Shown: in pieces, positions 38,118 to 52,121 of the stretch
How the letters are laid out: every line of letters begins with the position of its first letter
Numbering within the stretch: position 1 is the stretch's first letter
Source of the DNA: Octopus vulgaris
Taxonomy: Eukaryota
DNA: 64,000 nt
Reading direction: 5' to 3'
Assembly (NCBI GenBank): GCA_951406725.2
Contig: OX597816.1
Coordinates: 54,002,001-54,066,000, forward strand
The notes under the pieces: model-generated
What the model saw: only the letters and a program-made list of their open reading frames with translations
Told to the model about the DNA's origin: nothing
The model's database searches: none
Position numbers and translations under genes: made by a program

Positions 38118-38932
38118 GTAGGTGTGAAGTTATCTCATCAGCTTCTTAGTTTCACCGTAAAATGTTATAGACCTCATTTACAACGACACTGATTAAACAA
38201 ATATTTAATACATGTAGAAAATATATTTTAACTGTAATTAAACATAATTAGACAGTAAAACATAGTTATTGCCTTGTAAATAAGGGAAATATTTTCTGCC
38301 TAGAATTAATAATAATGTTCGTTCTACTTATTAGAAACCTCCTATTAGTCATCTAACATAATTATTGTTTGTAACTTTCCGTATCTGGGTTGCTGCATAA
38401 CTTGATTAATGCTGTATAAACGTTTTATTAATGAATTTAACCTTATAATTAATTTAACATAATAAACAAGAGGGCCCAATCCTTAAACACACATTCCCTC
38501 ACGCCTAACTTGGCCAATTCCCAAGAAGGCAGTGGACACAAGGTTTGAGGTCAAATTGTTAAAATCCCTTAGTTCCGTTTTATTAATAAACAATTCACTT
38601 ATTACTATTATTATTATTATTATTACTACTAAAATATACCTTTTTATAAATCATGTGTAAATATCTCTGTTGGTAAGTATGAAAACTGTCGGTTGTTGAC
38701 TGTTTCTACTAAACATTTCCTGGCGCCTCTCAAATTGCTAACACTTCAACCTTATGACTGTTAGCCTCTCCTACCGTGACTTCCCTTCCTGACTTTGTAT
38801 TTAATCCTTTCTTACCAGGGTTTCATTTGTTTGTAATTCCACTCTTCACTCAAATTAAACATCAGCTGTATCAACCTTACTCGACAACCATATCCCCTTT
38901 TCTAAGTGGAACTAGTAGGGCTGTCGTTTATA

Positions 38933-38992
<60 letters not shown>

Positions 38993-40479
38993 TATGTATA
39001 TACACGACAGCCCTACTAGTCCCTCATTTATATATATACATACATCTCTCGATCGATCGTTTACTGTCCGTTTTATATGTATGTATATGAACGATAGGAT
39101 TTTGAATCCTTTTAAAACAGTCTCAAGTGATGTGTTAACAAACCGTCTTCTTGTGTGATGCTGTTGGTGTCATTGAAGTCTAACTTAATTGTTTCAGGAA
39201 TGGAATAATTTTTTTTTTTCATTTGGATTTTAAAAATAAACATTGCAAGTGTATGAAAGAATATTGGTTCAGTTTTGTAACATTGTTCTCAAAAACTTAA
39301 CTCTAGTTCCTTCCTCTCAATCAAAATTCCTCTGGATTAATGGTATGTGAATATATTGATTCCATAACCTGGATTTTAGGTAATATCTTAGAGACTGCTG
39401 CTATTTGTGATACGTAGGTATATATGAGAGTGATGTTGTGTTAAGTCTACATATAAATTATATGTGGTTGATAATTATTATAAATCTGTATGTTTATGTG
39501 TAAAGATTATGAAGTTGATGTCAGGTTACACTGACAAATGACTATTGATAGTTTAATTTCTTAAAAGATGTCTGGATCCTGAACCTTCAGATATGTTGTT
39601 TAGGCTTAGCCCTTGGTCAACCCTGATCAAGAAGATCTATGAACAAAGGCATTCAGTTTGTGATTTCCCCATTAGTAAGTTATCCAGTTGATATTTCTTT
39701 TTAAAGATAATCGAGTGTTATTTGAGGAAGATTTCACTGCTATTTTAAAGAGATTCTGCGAGCCTGTAGAGGCTCCCTTGTTGGCTTGATCTTCAGCTGA
39801 TGGCCAGTTGTGATATTTCAATCCTCTCAGTATTGAAAGGGTTTCCACCAGTAAAGAAACCCATTTTGCTTGTTTCACATTCAAAGAAATTCCTACCGCA
39901 TCTCGGATTTTTAAGAGAAATGAAATTTTAATTCTCTTGAAATAAGAAAACTTGACATTGACAAAACTGAATTACTGACTCTTGACAGAAAACGAAGATG
40001 AATAATATCCTAGATTGGAGTACTGCTGCAATATCTGACATGGTGCTTATTGTTACAAGCATTCTAAAGGCCATTCACTTACACACCCCTAGTCCACAGA
40101 ACTATCAATTATTTCTTGGGGTCTAACTGAACAAGTGAGAGACTTAGTTTCTTGGGTGATCTTTCTACTACATCTATTACAAATGAAATTCTTCTTCTCT
40201 ATCAGAATAAGGTCCAAGTGTACATTTTGTGAACCTGTTGTTTACATTCGGGATACAGTATAGAGATTCTACCTCTTCACTTTCCTCTTCATATCATGCC
40301 ACTTCCTTATTCTATTTCCCATTAAAATGATCTTTATCTCCACATTCAACCCTGCTTCCCTATTTGGAACATGTACTATAATCCTTTGACTGATTCAACT
40401 ACAAGAACTAGATTGTTGATAAACAGGAGATCCTGGTCTTGAACTATATTGATATAGCCTAGACAATTAGAATAGACAG

Positions 40480-41250
40480 AGACATTAAATTCTTTGAGCT
40501 CCTCTATGCTGATGACCTTTTTCTTATAGCTGAATGTGTAGTAGAATTAGAAATGAAATTCCAGGTAGGGAAGCAAAACCTGAAATCAAAGGGCCTTTGC
40601 CTTAGCAAAGACTGAAGTTCTAGTTAGCAAGAAAACAGACAAACCACTAATCCCTTCAAGAAAATGGCCCTGGTCAATATGTAGTAAAGGTTTTGGTAGA
40701 AATTCCGTACAGTGTTCCTTGTGTAAACTGTGGACATGTAAGAGGTGTAGTAGAATAACATACGATTAACAGCGAAAGTAGATTTTGTGTATGGCCAATG
40801 TACATGAACAGAACATAATAAGAATGCACCAGACAAAAATTTTCTTGAATGCCTAGGAGGATCCTTAATGGTAGCTGATAGTTTCCTAGGTGACCTAATT
40901 AGCAGTGCGGAGGATACACTGAAAGCAGTGTAGCTAGAGTAATAATTAACTGGGGTAGTTCAGAGAGCTATGAATACAGAAGACATGCAAAGGCAAGACA
41001 GAAATGAAGTTTAGCCAGCTCTACTATGTATGCAATGCCAGTGTGCATGTTTGGCAAAGTGCTAAAGTGTTGAGAGAAAAATAAGCATGAGAAGAATTAG
41101 GTGTAGTGTGCATGAGAGAAGACATTACTGGTATGGCCATGTGGTGCATATGGGTAAGGATAGTTGTATAATGAAGTGCTAATTGCAAAATGTGGATAGA
41201 ATCTGTAGAAGAGGGACACCTAGAAAGACAGGAGAGGAAATAGTGACGAC
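40480..41250 (+). mobile_element. Old RTE LINE fragment
   Basis: ELLYADDL..KQNLKSKG..RRGTPRKT, degenerate. Confidence 0.75.
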
Positions 41251-41344
41251 TGACCTGGATGTTGTCTGTCATGGAGGAGATGTCAAAGAAACCAAGATGA
41301 TTAGTGATTTCTTTTTGGTGTGCTTCAGAAAGCCTGTCCATCAT

Positions 41345-42275
41345 AATCATCATCATCATCATTGTTTAACATCTGCTTTTCATGCTGGCATGGGTTGGAC
41401 GGTTTGATTGAGGACTGGTGAGCCAGAGGTTGCACCAGGCTCAATCTGGTCTGGCAAAGTTTCTACAGCTGGTTGCCTTTCCTAACGCCAACCACCCTGA
41501 GAGTGTAGTGGGTGCTTTTTACGTGCCACCAGCACAAGGGCCAGTCAGGTGGTACTGACATTGGCCATGCTTGAATGGTGCTTTTTATGTTCCACCGGCA
41601 CAGGAACCTGTCAGGTAGTACTGGCAACGATCACACTTGAATGGTGCTTTTTACGTGCCACCGACTCAGGTGGTACTGTCATTGGCCATGACAATGACTT
41701 CATTTGCTTCAACAGGTCTTTGCAAGTGCAGTTTATTGCCCAATGTCTGAAGGGTACTCTTAAATAGGCTGGTTATGCTGCACTAGCATAGGCCACAGTT
41801 ACAGTCTCACTTGGCTTGCTGGGTCTTCTCAAGCACAGCATACCTCCAAATGTCTCAGTCACTTGTCATTGCCTCAGTGAGGCCCAACATTTGAAGGTTG
41901 TGCTTCACCACCTCATCCCATGTCTTACTGGGTCTACCTCTTCCACAGGTTCCCTCTACTGCTAGGGTGTGACACTTTTTCACACAGCTGTTCTCATCCA
42001 TATGCAACACATGGCCATACCAGTGCAGTCATCTCTCTTGCACACCACATCCAATGCTTCTTAAATCTGACTTTTCTCTCAGGGTGCTTACACTCTGTCG
42101 TGTGTGATCACTGACATTACACATCCAACAGAGCATATTGGCTTCATTCCTTGCAAGCTTACGCCTGTCCTCAGCAGTCATGGCCCACATTTCACTGCCA
42201 TGTAGCATGGCTGTTTGCACACATGTGTCATACAGTCTACCTTTTACTCTAAGTGAAGGGCCCTTTGTCACCATC
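41345..42275 (-). mobile_element. Old RTE LINE 3' end with family-C tail
   Basis: KGPSLRVKGRLYDTCVQTAMLHGSEMWAMTAED followed by the family-C 3' region and (GAT)n tail. Confidence 0.82.
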
Positions 42276-44029
42276 TCAGTAAAAATGAAGCCTTAAAAAG
42301 TATATAGTTTGTATCTCTTCTCCCTGCACCCAGTCTGTTCCTGATGTGTCTCTTCCCCAAACTCCTCTACCCAACACTCAGCCCTCCATCAGCCTTCTGA
42401 ATATGGCTCTATTCACTCAACTGGTGTAATTATATGAGAGCGGAACTGAACACAATTTATTTCCCACTTTTTCGTCTTCTCACTTACCCCACTGGAACAA
42501 CTTTCTTTGCCTTCTTACAATTTTTTCTGTTGGATGTCTGTTTCACCTCCATTCTTCCTCTGAACACCCTTTCATTCTGCCATTGGCAGACCCCACTATC
42601 TATGTTTGTCTCCCACTATTTTCACTTATGTGTACCTCTGACCTCATCCCTGGCATTGTACATCTTGTGCATACCACCCCTACTCCACCTTATTTTTGCT
42701 ACCCCTATTACCTCCCAACTCCTTAAACCTCCTTAAACTGATATTCACCATTGACCACACCCACCTCCACTTGGGTTCATGATTTATTTCATCACCTCTG
42801 TCCAGCTGCCTCTCTCTTGCCACAATCTCATGATCTTACCTGTCCATTCCTCTGGACCACTTCTCTTACATTTACCTGCCTAACTTGAGGCCATTTTGTC
42901 TCCTTTTCCACATGCTGCAGCCATATATCTCCTCTATTGCTAGACACCTGTTTCTGTCATACTTTAATCTCTCATCACATGGCATAATGCCACCTCCCTC
43001 AATATTACATCACCCTCAGTTGAGAGGAATCTTGTCTTGCAAGATAGTGAAATCACTTGTGCCAGGGCTACATAAAAAGCACCTGGTACACTCTAAAGTG
43101 GTTGGCATTAGAGAGGGCACCCAGCTGTAGAACACCTGTCAAACCAGACATTGGAGCTTGGCACAATTCTCTGGCTTGGTAGCACTTGTCAAACAATCCA
43201 ACCCATGCCAGCATGAAAAACACACCTTAAACAATGATGATGATGAGCTCATTGCTAATTCTCCTGTATGATTTGCCTGATTCTCGCAAATCCTTTCTTT
43301 TTCTCCCAATTTTTTAAGTACCCAGACTATAGAGAGTGGTTCCTTGTTAAAGGCTCTAAGTTAGTAGGCCATTATTCTTCTGTTAGGCACAATGTCCCCT
43401 GTTCTTTGATAGTTACACAGTTAGGAAGAAGGCATCAATGGTTCCTATTGAACTCAAACCAAAGCTGCATCACCTCTAGACTGATTCCATCCCTGATTAG
43501 CCTTCTCTCTCTCTTTCTCTGCTAACTCCATGGCTTGCTCCGTTAGTATGTTGCTTCTGTAGTTACTTCTTACTAAAGCATCTCCTTTACCTTTGTAGTA
43601 GTTTAGTGGTGTTGCTGCTTTGCCAGTCATTGACTGTAATCTTCCCCTGTACTAATCAAGTAACTAAGTGTAGAACCAACATTTTCTACATGGTAGGATA
43701 TTTTCATTATTTTATCAGAAAATCCAGATGATCTTTCTCTGCCATAGAGTCCTTAACAGCCCTTTCTTTCATATAATGGATGGTCCCTCTCTTGAGTCTA
43801 CATCTGGTAAACCTCTTTCTCCCATACATTCATCACATTATTTCCATGTCTTTATCTTTCCAGTGTCAGTGAGTGCCTTTATTATTCAGCAGTCACATTT
43901 TTTTTTTTACCACACATCCTGATATCACAAAATTTTTGATTTCCCACTTTATTGTCAGGTAAACTTCTCTTTAGATACCTGAAACTGTTTCAAATACTTG
44001 AATCTCTTCAGATGTGTTGCTTATCATTC

Positions 44030-45250
44030 TGTACTCTATTTTAACATGATGTGGCCTCTCTCTAACCCTTCATGTCTCCCCTGTACCCTATTCTACTGCC
44101 ATATGGTCTGTCTCTAACCCGTCATGTTTCCACTGTACTCTATTCTGCCACCTTGTGGTCTGTCTCTAACCTTTTGTGTCTCTTGTACTCTATTCTACCT
44201 CTGTGTAGTGCATCTTATCCTTTATGTCTCTCCTGTACTCTCGTCCACCTCTATGTGGTCTCTCCTTAACCCTTCATGTTACCACTGTACTCTATTTCAT
44301 CCCATGCAGTTTGTCTCTAAACTTTTGTATCTCCTTTGCGCTCTATTTCACCTTCATTTAGTCTGTTTCTTACCCTTCATGTCTCCCCTATACTCTAACC
44401 TTTCATGCCTCCATTATGAGGGGGGCTGTTGAAAAGTTCCTGGCTTTGGGTAAAAGAAAATACAGGAGGATCAGGTAATTATATTCCCCCCTCAAATTCA
44501 CACACTTATTGCAGTGGTCCTCCAACTTTTTCTAATCCCTGTAAAAAAACTCGGAAGGTTGGGCCTCCAACTTGGCTTTTCGTAATACCCTTAAAGCCAG
44601 GAACTTTTCAACACCCCCTTGTATACTCTATTCTGCTGCCATATGGTTTGTCCCAAACCCTTCATGTCACCAGTGTCCTCTTTTAGTTTCATGTGATCTG
44701 TCTCTAACACTCCATGTCTTCACTGTACTCTATTCTGCCACCATGTGTTCTGTCTCTAACACTCCATGTCTTCACTGTACTCTACTCTTCCATGATGTGT
44801 TCTATCTCTATTACTCCATGTCTTCACTGTACTCTATTCTGCCACCATGTGTTCTGTCTCTAACACTCCATGTCTTCACTGTACTCTATTCTGCCACCAT
44901 GTGTTCTGTCTCTAACACTCCATGTCTTCATTGTACTCTATTCTGCCACCATATGTTCTGTCTCTAATACTCCATGTCTTCACTGTACTCTATTCTGCCA
45001 CCATGTGTTCTGTCTCTAACTGTTCACATCTCCCTTTCACTCCAGTCCAGCTCCATGTGGTCTGTTTCTAACCTTTAGTGTCTGGCCCCTACTCTGTTCT
45101 ACTTCTGTGTGATCTGTCTCTGATCCTTCATGTTTCCTCTGTACTCTATTCTGTCTGCATGTGGCCTGCCTCAGCCTTTCATGTCCTCACTGTACTCTAT
45201 TCCCTTTCCATGTGGCCTGTCTCTTACCCTTCATGTCTCCTCTGTATTCT
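44030..45250. repeat. 52-bp minisatellite array
   Basis: Unit TCTCTAACACTCCATGTCTTCACTGTACTCTATTCTGCCACCATGTGTTCTG, homogeneous at 44701-45020 and degenerate on both flanks. Confidence 0.9.
44417..44621. mobile_element. Mariner-type MITE inside the minisatellite
   Basis: TA|TGAGGGGGGCTGTTGAAAAGTTCCTGGCTTT...AAAGCCAGGAACTTTTCAACACCCCCTTG|TA. Confidence 0.85.
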
Positions 45251-46084
45251 ATTGCACCCCACCCCCTACATTATTTGTCTCTTGATGTAGATTCTAAGTT
45301 TCTCTGGAGTCTTACATGTTTTTTTATTCTTCTTGTTTTGATAAAAGTACCAGTAACATGTTTGGGTCACTTCATCATCATCATCATTTAGCGTCCGTTT
45401 TCCATGCTAGCATGGGTTGGACGGTTCAACTGGGGGTCTGTGAAGCTGGAAGGCTGCATCAGGCCCAGTCAGATCTAGCAGTGTTACTACAGCTGGATGC
45501 CCTTCCTAACGCCAACCACTCTGTGAGTGTAGTGGGTGCTTTTTACATGCCTTCAATTAATTATATTCCCTTATTTAACCCCACTTTGATTTCTGCCTCT
45601 CAATTTCCCTTTGTTGGTTACTGCAGGGAGTTGGGGAAGGAGCATTAAATTTTTTGCTTTATGGTCTAGTTTATAATCCGTTTCTAATTTGTCAACTGTA
45701 ATAATTATAATATGTATGAAACTTGAAGATTGTACTGTAAGAAATAATAATAGCCAAACCCTCCTATTATGTAGCCTGTGAAAATAAAGTGTTTGTATTC
45801 ATCACAATTAACAATTGACATATATTCAATGACAGCATGTATCACAGAAGTACTCTATGTAATAATGTTGACATAATTATCTTGGCACAACTGTCAGTTA
45901 TTTCATAGAATTGTGGTTCCAGATTGCTGAGCACAACATAGTAAAGATTGTTGTTTGCAGTCCTCTATCCTAGAGTTTTCAACATGCGACACGCAGGCAT
46001 TAAACTGTTGCTGCACCTTATCTCTTTCTTGCCAGAACTAATCTTAAAGTACAGCAGTTCTGCTAACGACATATACTGCTCTTT

Positions 46085-46502
46085 TACTCTTTTTACTCTT
46101 TTACTATTTTACTTGTTTCCGTCATTTGACTGGCCATGCTGGAGCACTGCCTTTAGTCGAGCTAATCGACCCAGGACTTATTCTTTGTAAGCCGAGTACT
46201 TATTCTATTGGCCTCTTTTGCCAAACCACTAGGTTACGGGGATGTAAACACACCAGCATCAGTTGTGAAGTGATGTTGGGGGGGACAAACACAGACACAC
46301 AAACATATACACACACATACATATATATATACATATATACGACAGGCTTCTTTCAGTTTCTGTCTACCAAATCCACTCACAAGGCTTTGGTCGGTCCGAG
46401 GCTATAGTAGAAGACACTTGCCCAAGGTGCCACACAGTGGGAGTGAACCCGGAGCCATGTGGTTGTTAAGCAAGCTACTTACCACACAGCCATCCCTACG
46501 CC
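46085..46502 (-). mobile_element. SINE family A
   Basis: Full copy. Its tail is included in the inverted duplication. Confidence 0.85.
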
Positions 46503-46855
46503 TATTGTCAACCTTTTTCTCTTTATTCTTTATCATATTTTGGTATTTCACTTATTGTTGTTTTTCATGTGTCTGTTTATCTGTTTGTCCTCCCTTTCTC
46601 TCTTCTCTCTTTCTCTCAGTATATAAATGTATGTGTGTTTGTGTGTGTGCATGTGTGTCTTCAGTATGTTTTATCCATTGTGGCTAAAACCAAACTTAGC
46701 ATCACACATCAATGTGTGCATGATGTACCATCACTACACTTACCCCAGTTTCTATATCATCAAGGTAACAGAAGCTATTTGCTTTTGTCTTGTAAATTAT
46801 CTGAACGGTTCTTGAACTTTATTTCCTGTTAGCTACTCCTTATTATATATATATA

Positions 46856-47157
46856 TCACGTGATCACCAGACCATCAGATGTTGTTACACATCGCTGGTC
46901 ACAATGCGTTTGCATTGTTTTAGCCATCGAATGACGCCACCCCGCTGGCTAAGTGAGCAGGCCAACAGAAGAAAGAGTAGGAGAAAGTGTGGTGAAAGAG
47001 TACAGCAGGGATCACCCCCCCCCCCCTGCCGGAGCCTCATGGAGCTTTTTAGGTGTTATTGCTCAATAAACACTCACAACGCCCGGTCTGGGAATCAAAA
47101 CCGCGATCCTATGACCGCGAGTCCACTGCCCTAACCACTGGGCCATTGTGCCTCCAC
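46856..47157 (-). mobile_element. tRNA-derived SINE family D inserted in (TA)n
   Basis: Head GTGGAGGCACAATGGCCCAGTGGTTAGGGC..GGTTTTGATTCCC (A/B boxes), flanked by TA repeats. Confidence 0.8.
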
Positions 47158-47989
47158 ATTATATATATATATATATATATATGTCTATTATTTCTGAAGT
47201 CCTGCTACTATGAATAAGTCCTGGGTCGATTAGCTCGACTAAAGGCAGTGCTCCAGCATGGCCAGTCAAATGACGGAAACAAGTAAAATAGTAAAAGAGT
47301 AAAAAGAGTAAAAGAGCAGTATATGTCGTTAGCAGAACTGCTGTACTTTAAGATTAGTTCTGGCAAGAAAGAGATAAGGTGCAGCAACAGTTTAATGCCT
47401 GCGTGTCGCATGTTGAAAACTCTAGGATAGAGGACTGCAAACAACAATCTTTACTATGTTGTGCTCAGCAATCTGGAACCACAATTCTATGAAATAACTG
47501 ACAGTTGTGCCAAGATAAGAGTTATTCAACCATGAAACAGCTATACCTCTTGTGTCTTCTACTATCACTTCAAATATGGCAGCATATGCATGTCTCTCTT
47601 TTAAATTGATTAAAGAATTACATCTGACACTCTCTATTGTAATAGTTTCATCAATTTCAAATTTATTGATCACCTACTTAAAATACAGCAGGTAGAGCAT
47701 ACAATTTCGACATTCTAACAAAGAGTTGTTAATGTGGTGAGAAGTTTTAAGTAATGGATTTGGAGGTTTTCAAGTATTTCCTAACAACTCTGAATCCTGG
47801 CCTTAACAAACTAGAGTTTTGGTTCCTTTATATTGGGCCTAACATAATATATCAACTATAAGGTTGTACAACTTTTAATAATGCTTTAAATCATAAGAAT
47901 CTTATGTGAAACTACCATCTGTCTGTCTGTCTGTCTCTGGCAAAAGACCTGTTCTAATCCCTTCTCATACTTTTACTTCTCATCTGTGG

Positions 47990-48571
47990 CCCCATCAGCT
48001 CTGTCTGGCTCCCGTGTCAGTGGCACGTAAAAGCACCATCCGTTCGTGTCCGTTGCTAGCCTTGCCTGGCCCCTGTGCTGGTGACACGTAAAAGCACCAT
48101 CCGTTCGTGGCCGTTTGCCAGCTCTGTCTGGCCCCGTGTCGGTGGCACGTAAAAGCACCATCCGTTCGTGTCCGTTGCCAGCCTCGCCTGGCCTCTGTGC
48201 CGGTGACACGTAAAAGCACCATCCGTTCGTGGCCGTTTGCCAGCTCTGTCTGGCCCCCGTGTCGGTGGCACGTAAAAGCACCATCCGTTCGTGTCTGTTG
48301 CCAGCCTTGCCTGGCCCCCGTGCCGGTGACACGTAAAAGCACCATCCATTTGTGGCCGTTTGCCAGCTCTGTCTGGCACCTGTGCGGGTGGCACGTAAAA
48401 AGCACCCACTACACTCACGGAGTGGTTGGCGTTAGGAAGGGCATCCAGCCGTAGAAACACTGCCAGATCTGACTGGGCCTGACGAAGCCTTCCAGCTTCA
48501 CAGACCCCAGTTGAACTGTCCAACCCATGCTAGCATGGAAAGCGGACGCTAAATGATGATGATGATGATGA
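47990..48571 (+). mobile_element. Family-C element with an expanded 61-62 bp tandem array (7 units)
   Basis: CACGTAAAA core at 48024, 48085, 48146, 48207, 48269, 48330 and 48392, then a (GAT)n tail. Confidence 0.88.
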
Positions 48572-49527
48572 TCTTGTAGCATAAAGCTGCCCTCTTAGGG
48601 TTTGTAGTCTTGAAAGTTGCTTGGCACAACTATGGTGACACCTAGAAAGCATCTAGTACACACTGAAGTGGTTGGTATTAGGGAAGGCATCAAGCCAATA
48701 GAAACCATGCCAAAGCAGACACCAGAGCGCAATGCATTCCTTGAGCATCCATGCTAAATGATGATGATATATTTACAAACACATACATGTACACATGCAT
48801 GTATGGGGTATTATATGTGATGTGTGTTCTTGGCCCCCTCCAACTTATAGTCCTACAAGCCATCACAGTGGGGTTTTGAGACTGGCTGTCCATAGGGACT
48901 CCTATTTACTGATGTCTTTGTTCTCATAGCTGGTTCCATATGGAAATTAGAGAAGAAATTGCAGGAATGGAAACTAAACCTGGAATTGAGCAGCCTTAAG
49001 ATAAACCTAGAAAAGAAGAAGGTTTTAGTAAGTAGGAAAGCGGACAGGGTCTTGGTACCATCAAAGAAATGACCTTGCTTGATATGCAGAAAAGGAGTTC
49101 GTATACATTCCATACATTGTACTTGATGTAAGCTGTGGATACAAAAGAGACGTAATGGAATCACTGACAGACTCTGAAAATTCAGGCTTCAGATGTGGTA
49201 GATGTACTGAAGCAGTTCATACTAGCACACCAGAAAATAAGTTTCTTAAATCTCCAGACAACTCACTAGAAAAGATGATAGCTTTTATTACTTGGGAGAT
49301 GTAATTAGCAAGGGAGGTGGTTTGTCTTAAAGTAACCAGAGTAAGAATGGGTTGGAAAAAGTTGAGGAAGCTTTGTTGCCAGCAGAGATATCACTGCTGG
49401 CAACAAAGATATTTTTGCACAGAAAATATGAGTAGATCATGACCTCGTAAATGATAGGTGTCCAAAGGTCATTTCATGTATTTCAAAAAGACATACCTTT
49501 CCTAGGTACAAAAGTATGTATATAGAT

Positions 49528-51730
49528 CATCATCATCATCATCATCATCATTTAACGTCTGTTGTCCATGCTAGCATGGGTTGGATGGTTTGACTAGGCT
49601 GGCATGCTAGAAGGCTGCACCAGAATCCAGTCTGATTTGGCATGGTTTTCTATGGCTGGATGCTCTTCCTAATGCCAATTACTCTGAGAATGTAATGGGT
49701 GCTTTTACGTGTCAACGGCATGGGTGCCATTCACATGACACCAAGGTGATTTTATGTGCCAATTTGTGTAACACCGGTATCTGCCGTGACTGCGATTTTG
49801 CTTGGCTTGATGGGTCTTCTCATGCATGACATAATGCCAAAGGTCTCGGTCATTGCCTCTGTGAGGCCTAACACTTGAAAGGCGCTGAGCCACTTTGTAT
49901 CCGTAAGGAACTCAGCCACTTTTCTTCCATGGAGCCCAACCCAATGCTCGATAGGAACTCAATCACTTTGCCTCTGTGAGGCCCAATGCTTGAAAGGTGT
50001 TCTTTATGTGCCTCAATGGGTCCTCTCAAGCACAGCACATCACCAAGGGTCCTTGTCACTAGTCATTGCCTCCGTGAGGCTCAAAGTTCGAAGATCATGC
50101 TGAATCATCTTGTCCCATGTCTTCCTGGCTCTACCTCTATCACAGATTCTCCCCACAGTTAGAGATCGGCACTTCTTTACACAGCTGTCCTCATCCATAT
50201 GCATCACATGACCATACCAGTGCAGTCTCCTCTTTTGTTCACCACATCTGATGCCTCTTATGCTTAACTTTTCTCTCAAGATGCTTATGCTCTGTTGAAC
50301 ATGCACACTGGCATTGCAGATCCAACAAAGCATATTGGCTTCATTTCTTTCAGGCCTACACATGTCTGCAGCTGTCATAGCCCATGTTTCACTACCAAGT
50401 AGCACAGCTGTTCAGACAGAGGCATCAAACAATCTGCCTTTCACTCTGAGAGAGAGGCCCTTTGTTGCTATCAGTGGTAGGAGCTCTCTGAACTTTGCCC
50501 AACCTAATCTTATTCTCACTGCTACACTCTTGGAGCATCCACCACCACTATTAATTTGGTCACCTAGATAACAGAAGCTATCTATTACCTCTAGCTTACC
50601 CCTCTGGCAGTTGATGGAGTTTATTTTCTGCACATTTTCAGCGTTTATTGTACTTATGCATCTTCCACATACAAAAGCTAGTTTCCCTGTTAACCTTCCT
50701 CTGATATTGCTGCACCTTTTGGACACAAAAGGTGCAGCAATATCCGGTGCATCTTATGGAGTTTCTACCTACACCATTTCTACTGATTAAGCAGGGCCAT
50801 CTACTTGAAGGGATTTGTGATTTGCCTACCTTCCTTCTTACTAAGACTTCTGTTTTTGCTAAGTTAACTCTAGGGTCCTTTGATTCTTGACCTTGCTTCC
50901 ATACTTGGAACTTCTCTCGTTCAGGTAGTGATTAAGCTATAAGAGTAAGGTCATCAGTATAGAAGAGCTCCCAGGGGCAGCCTGTCTTGATTTCCTCTGT
51001 TATTGCCTGGAGGACTATGATGAATAAGAGGGGGCTGAGCACCGATCCTTGGTGAACACTACTTGTATCCTGAAATCTTCTCAGTACTCATTGCCAACCC
51101 TCACCTTACTGGTAGCATCCCTGTACATAGTTTGTACAGCTCTCACCAATCACTTGTCTATGCCTGGATAAGGGATCAAGGGACCCTGTCAAAGGCTTTC
51201 TCCAAGTCAACAAAGGCCAAGTACAGAGGTTTATCTTTGGCTAGGTATTTCTCCTGCAATTGTCTTACCAGAAATATAGAATCAGTAGTGCTCCTCCCTA
51301 GCACAAAACCAAACTGCATCTCATCTAGACTAAATCTCTCCCTAATTAGTTGGGCTGTGACTCTCGCCGTAACTTTCATCATCTAATCCAACAATTGATA
51401 CTTTTGTAATTATTTCTATGTAAGGCATCGCCTTTACCTTTGTAGCATTTGACTATGGTGCTGCTACATCAGTCATTGGGTATGACTCCTTTGTGAACCA
51501 CCTGATTTACACTGTGGGTAACTAGACCATAGCTCACACTGCCAGATATTTTAAGCATGTCAGCAGTAATTCCTGATGGGCTGGAGGCTTTTCCCGTTTT
51601 CATATCCTTAATTGCTTTATCTACCGTAGTTGGATAGTTGGTCCCTCAATTGTTCAGTAGTCTTTCATAATAGCATTTCCAAAGTCTCTTTCTTTGGAGA
51701 GTCATTACATGCAAGTGCACCATCATCGAT
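49528..51730 (-). mobile_element. Old RTE LINE, ~2.2 kb, RT through 3' tail
   Basis: GKASSPSGITADML, MQFGFVLGRSTTDSIF..AFVDLEKAFDRVP, HQGSVLSPLLF, LLYTDDL, LGSETWAM. Confidence 0.88.
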
Positions 51731-52076
51731 ATGGCTACAGTCTGAGTTTGTATGATTGTGTTTAGAAGAACATATTCATCAATGAAATTCCAACTTAGTC
51801 TGACTTTCACATTTTATTATTTACAATTTTTACAATTTTACGATATCGAAATAAACTAGTACTTTCATGCATTATGCAGTTATCAGGTTTATGTAGTGAC
51901 AGTTGTGTTCCATAATTGACAACCGGAGTGAAATGGTTAGATTTGTCCTTTAAGTGCCATCTGATGGGCTGAATCTTATGAAATATAATACACATGCACA
52001 CACATATTTATAAACATACATGCATATACATAAATATATATATTATTTATTTAAAGGACAAAATACATATCTTTAA

Positions 52077-52121
52077 TTGCTACTAATAGTTTCATATATC
52101 TCAAACATATTCATCAGGAAC
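52077..52121 (-). ncRNA. Minimal hammerhead ribozyme with weakened stem I
   Basis: GUUC-CUGAUGA-AUAUGU(UUGAG)AUAUAU-GAAA-CUAUUAG-UA-GCAA. Confidence 0.6.

Larger units (their letters stand above)
45877..47518. repeat. 307-bp inverted duplication (45877-46183 and 47212-47518)
   Basis: The arms are reverse complements with no mismatch seen, and ORFs 45948+ and 47447- give the same 79 aa. Confidence 0.92.

Noticed and set aside
45948-47447. Duplicated 80-aa protein gene pair
   Set aside because: The ORF runs into a SINE tail and has no recognisable domain. The identity reflects the inverted DNA duplication.
47973-48523. Overlapping repetitive ORFs, or a CRISPR-like array
   Set aside because: These are tandem units with no unique spacers inside a eukaryotic retroelement, and the ORFs are by-products of the repeat.
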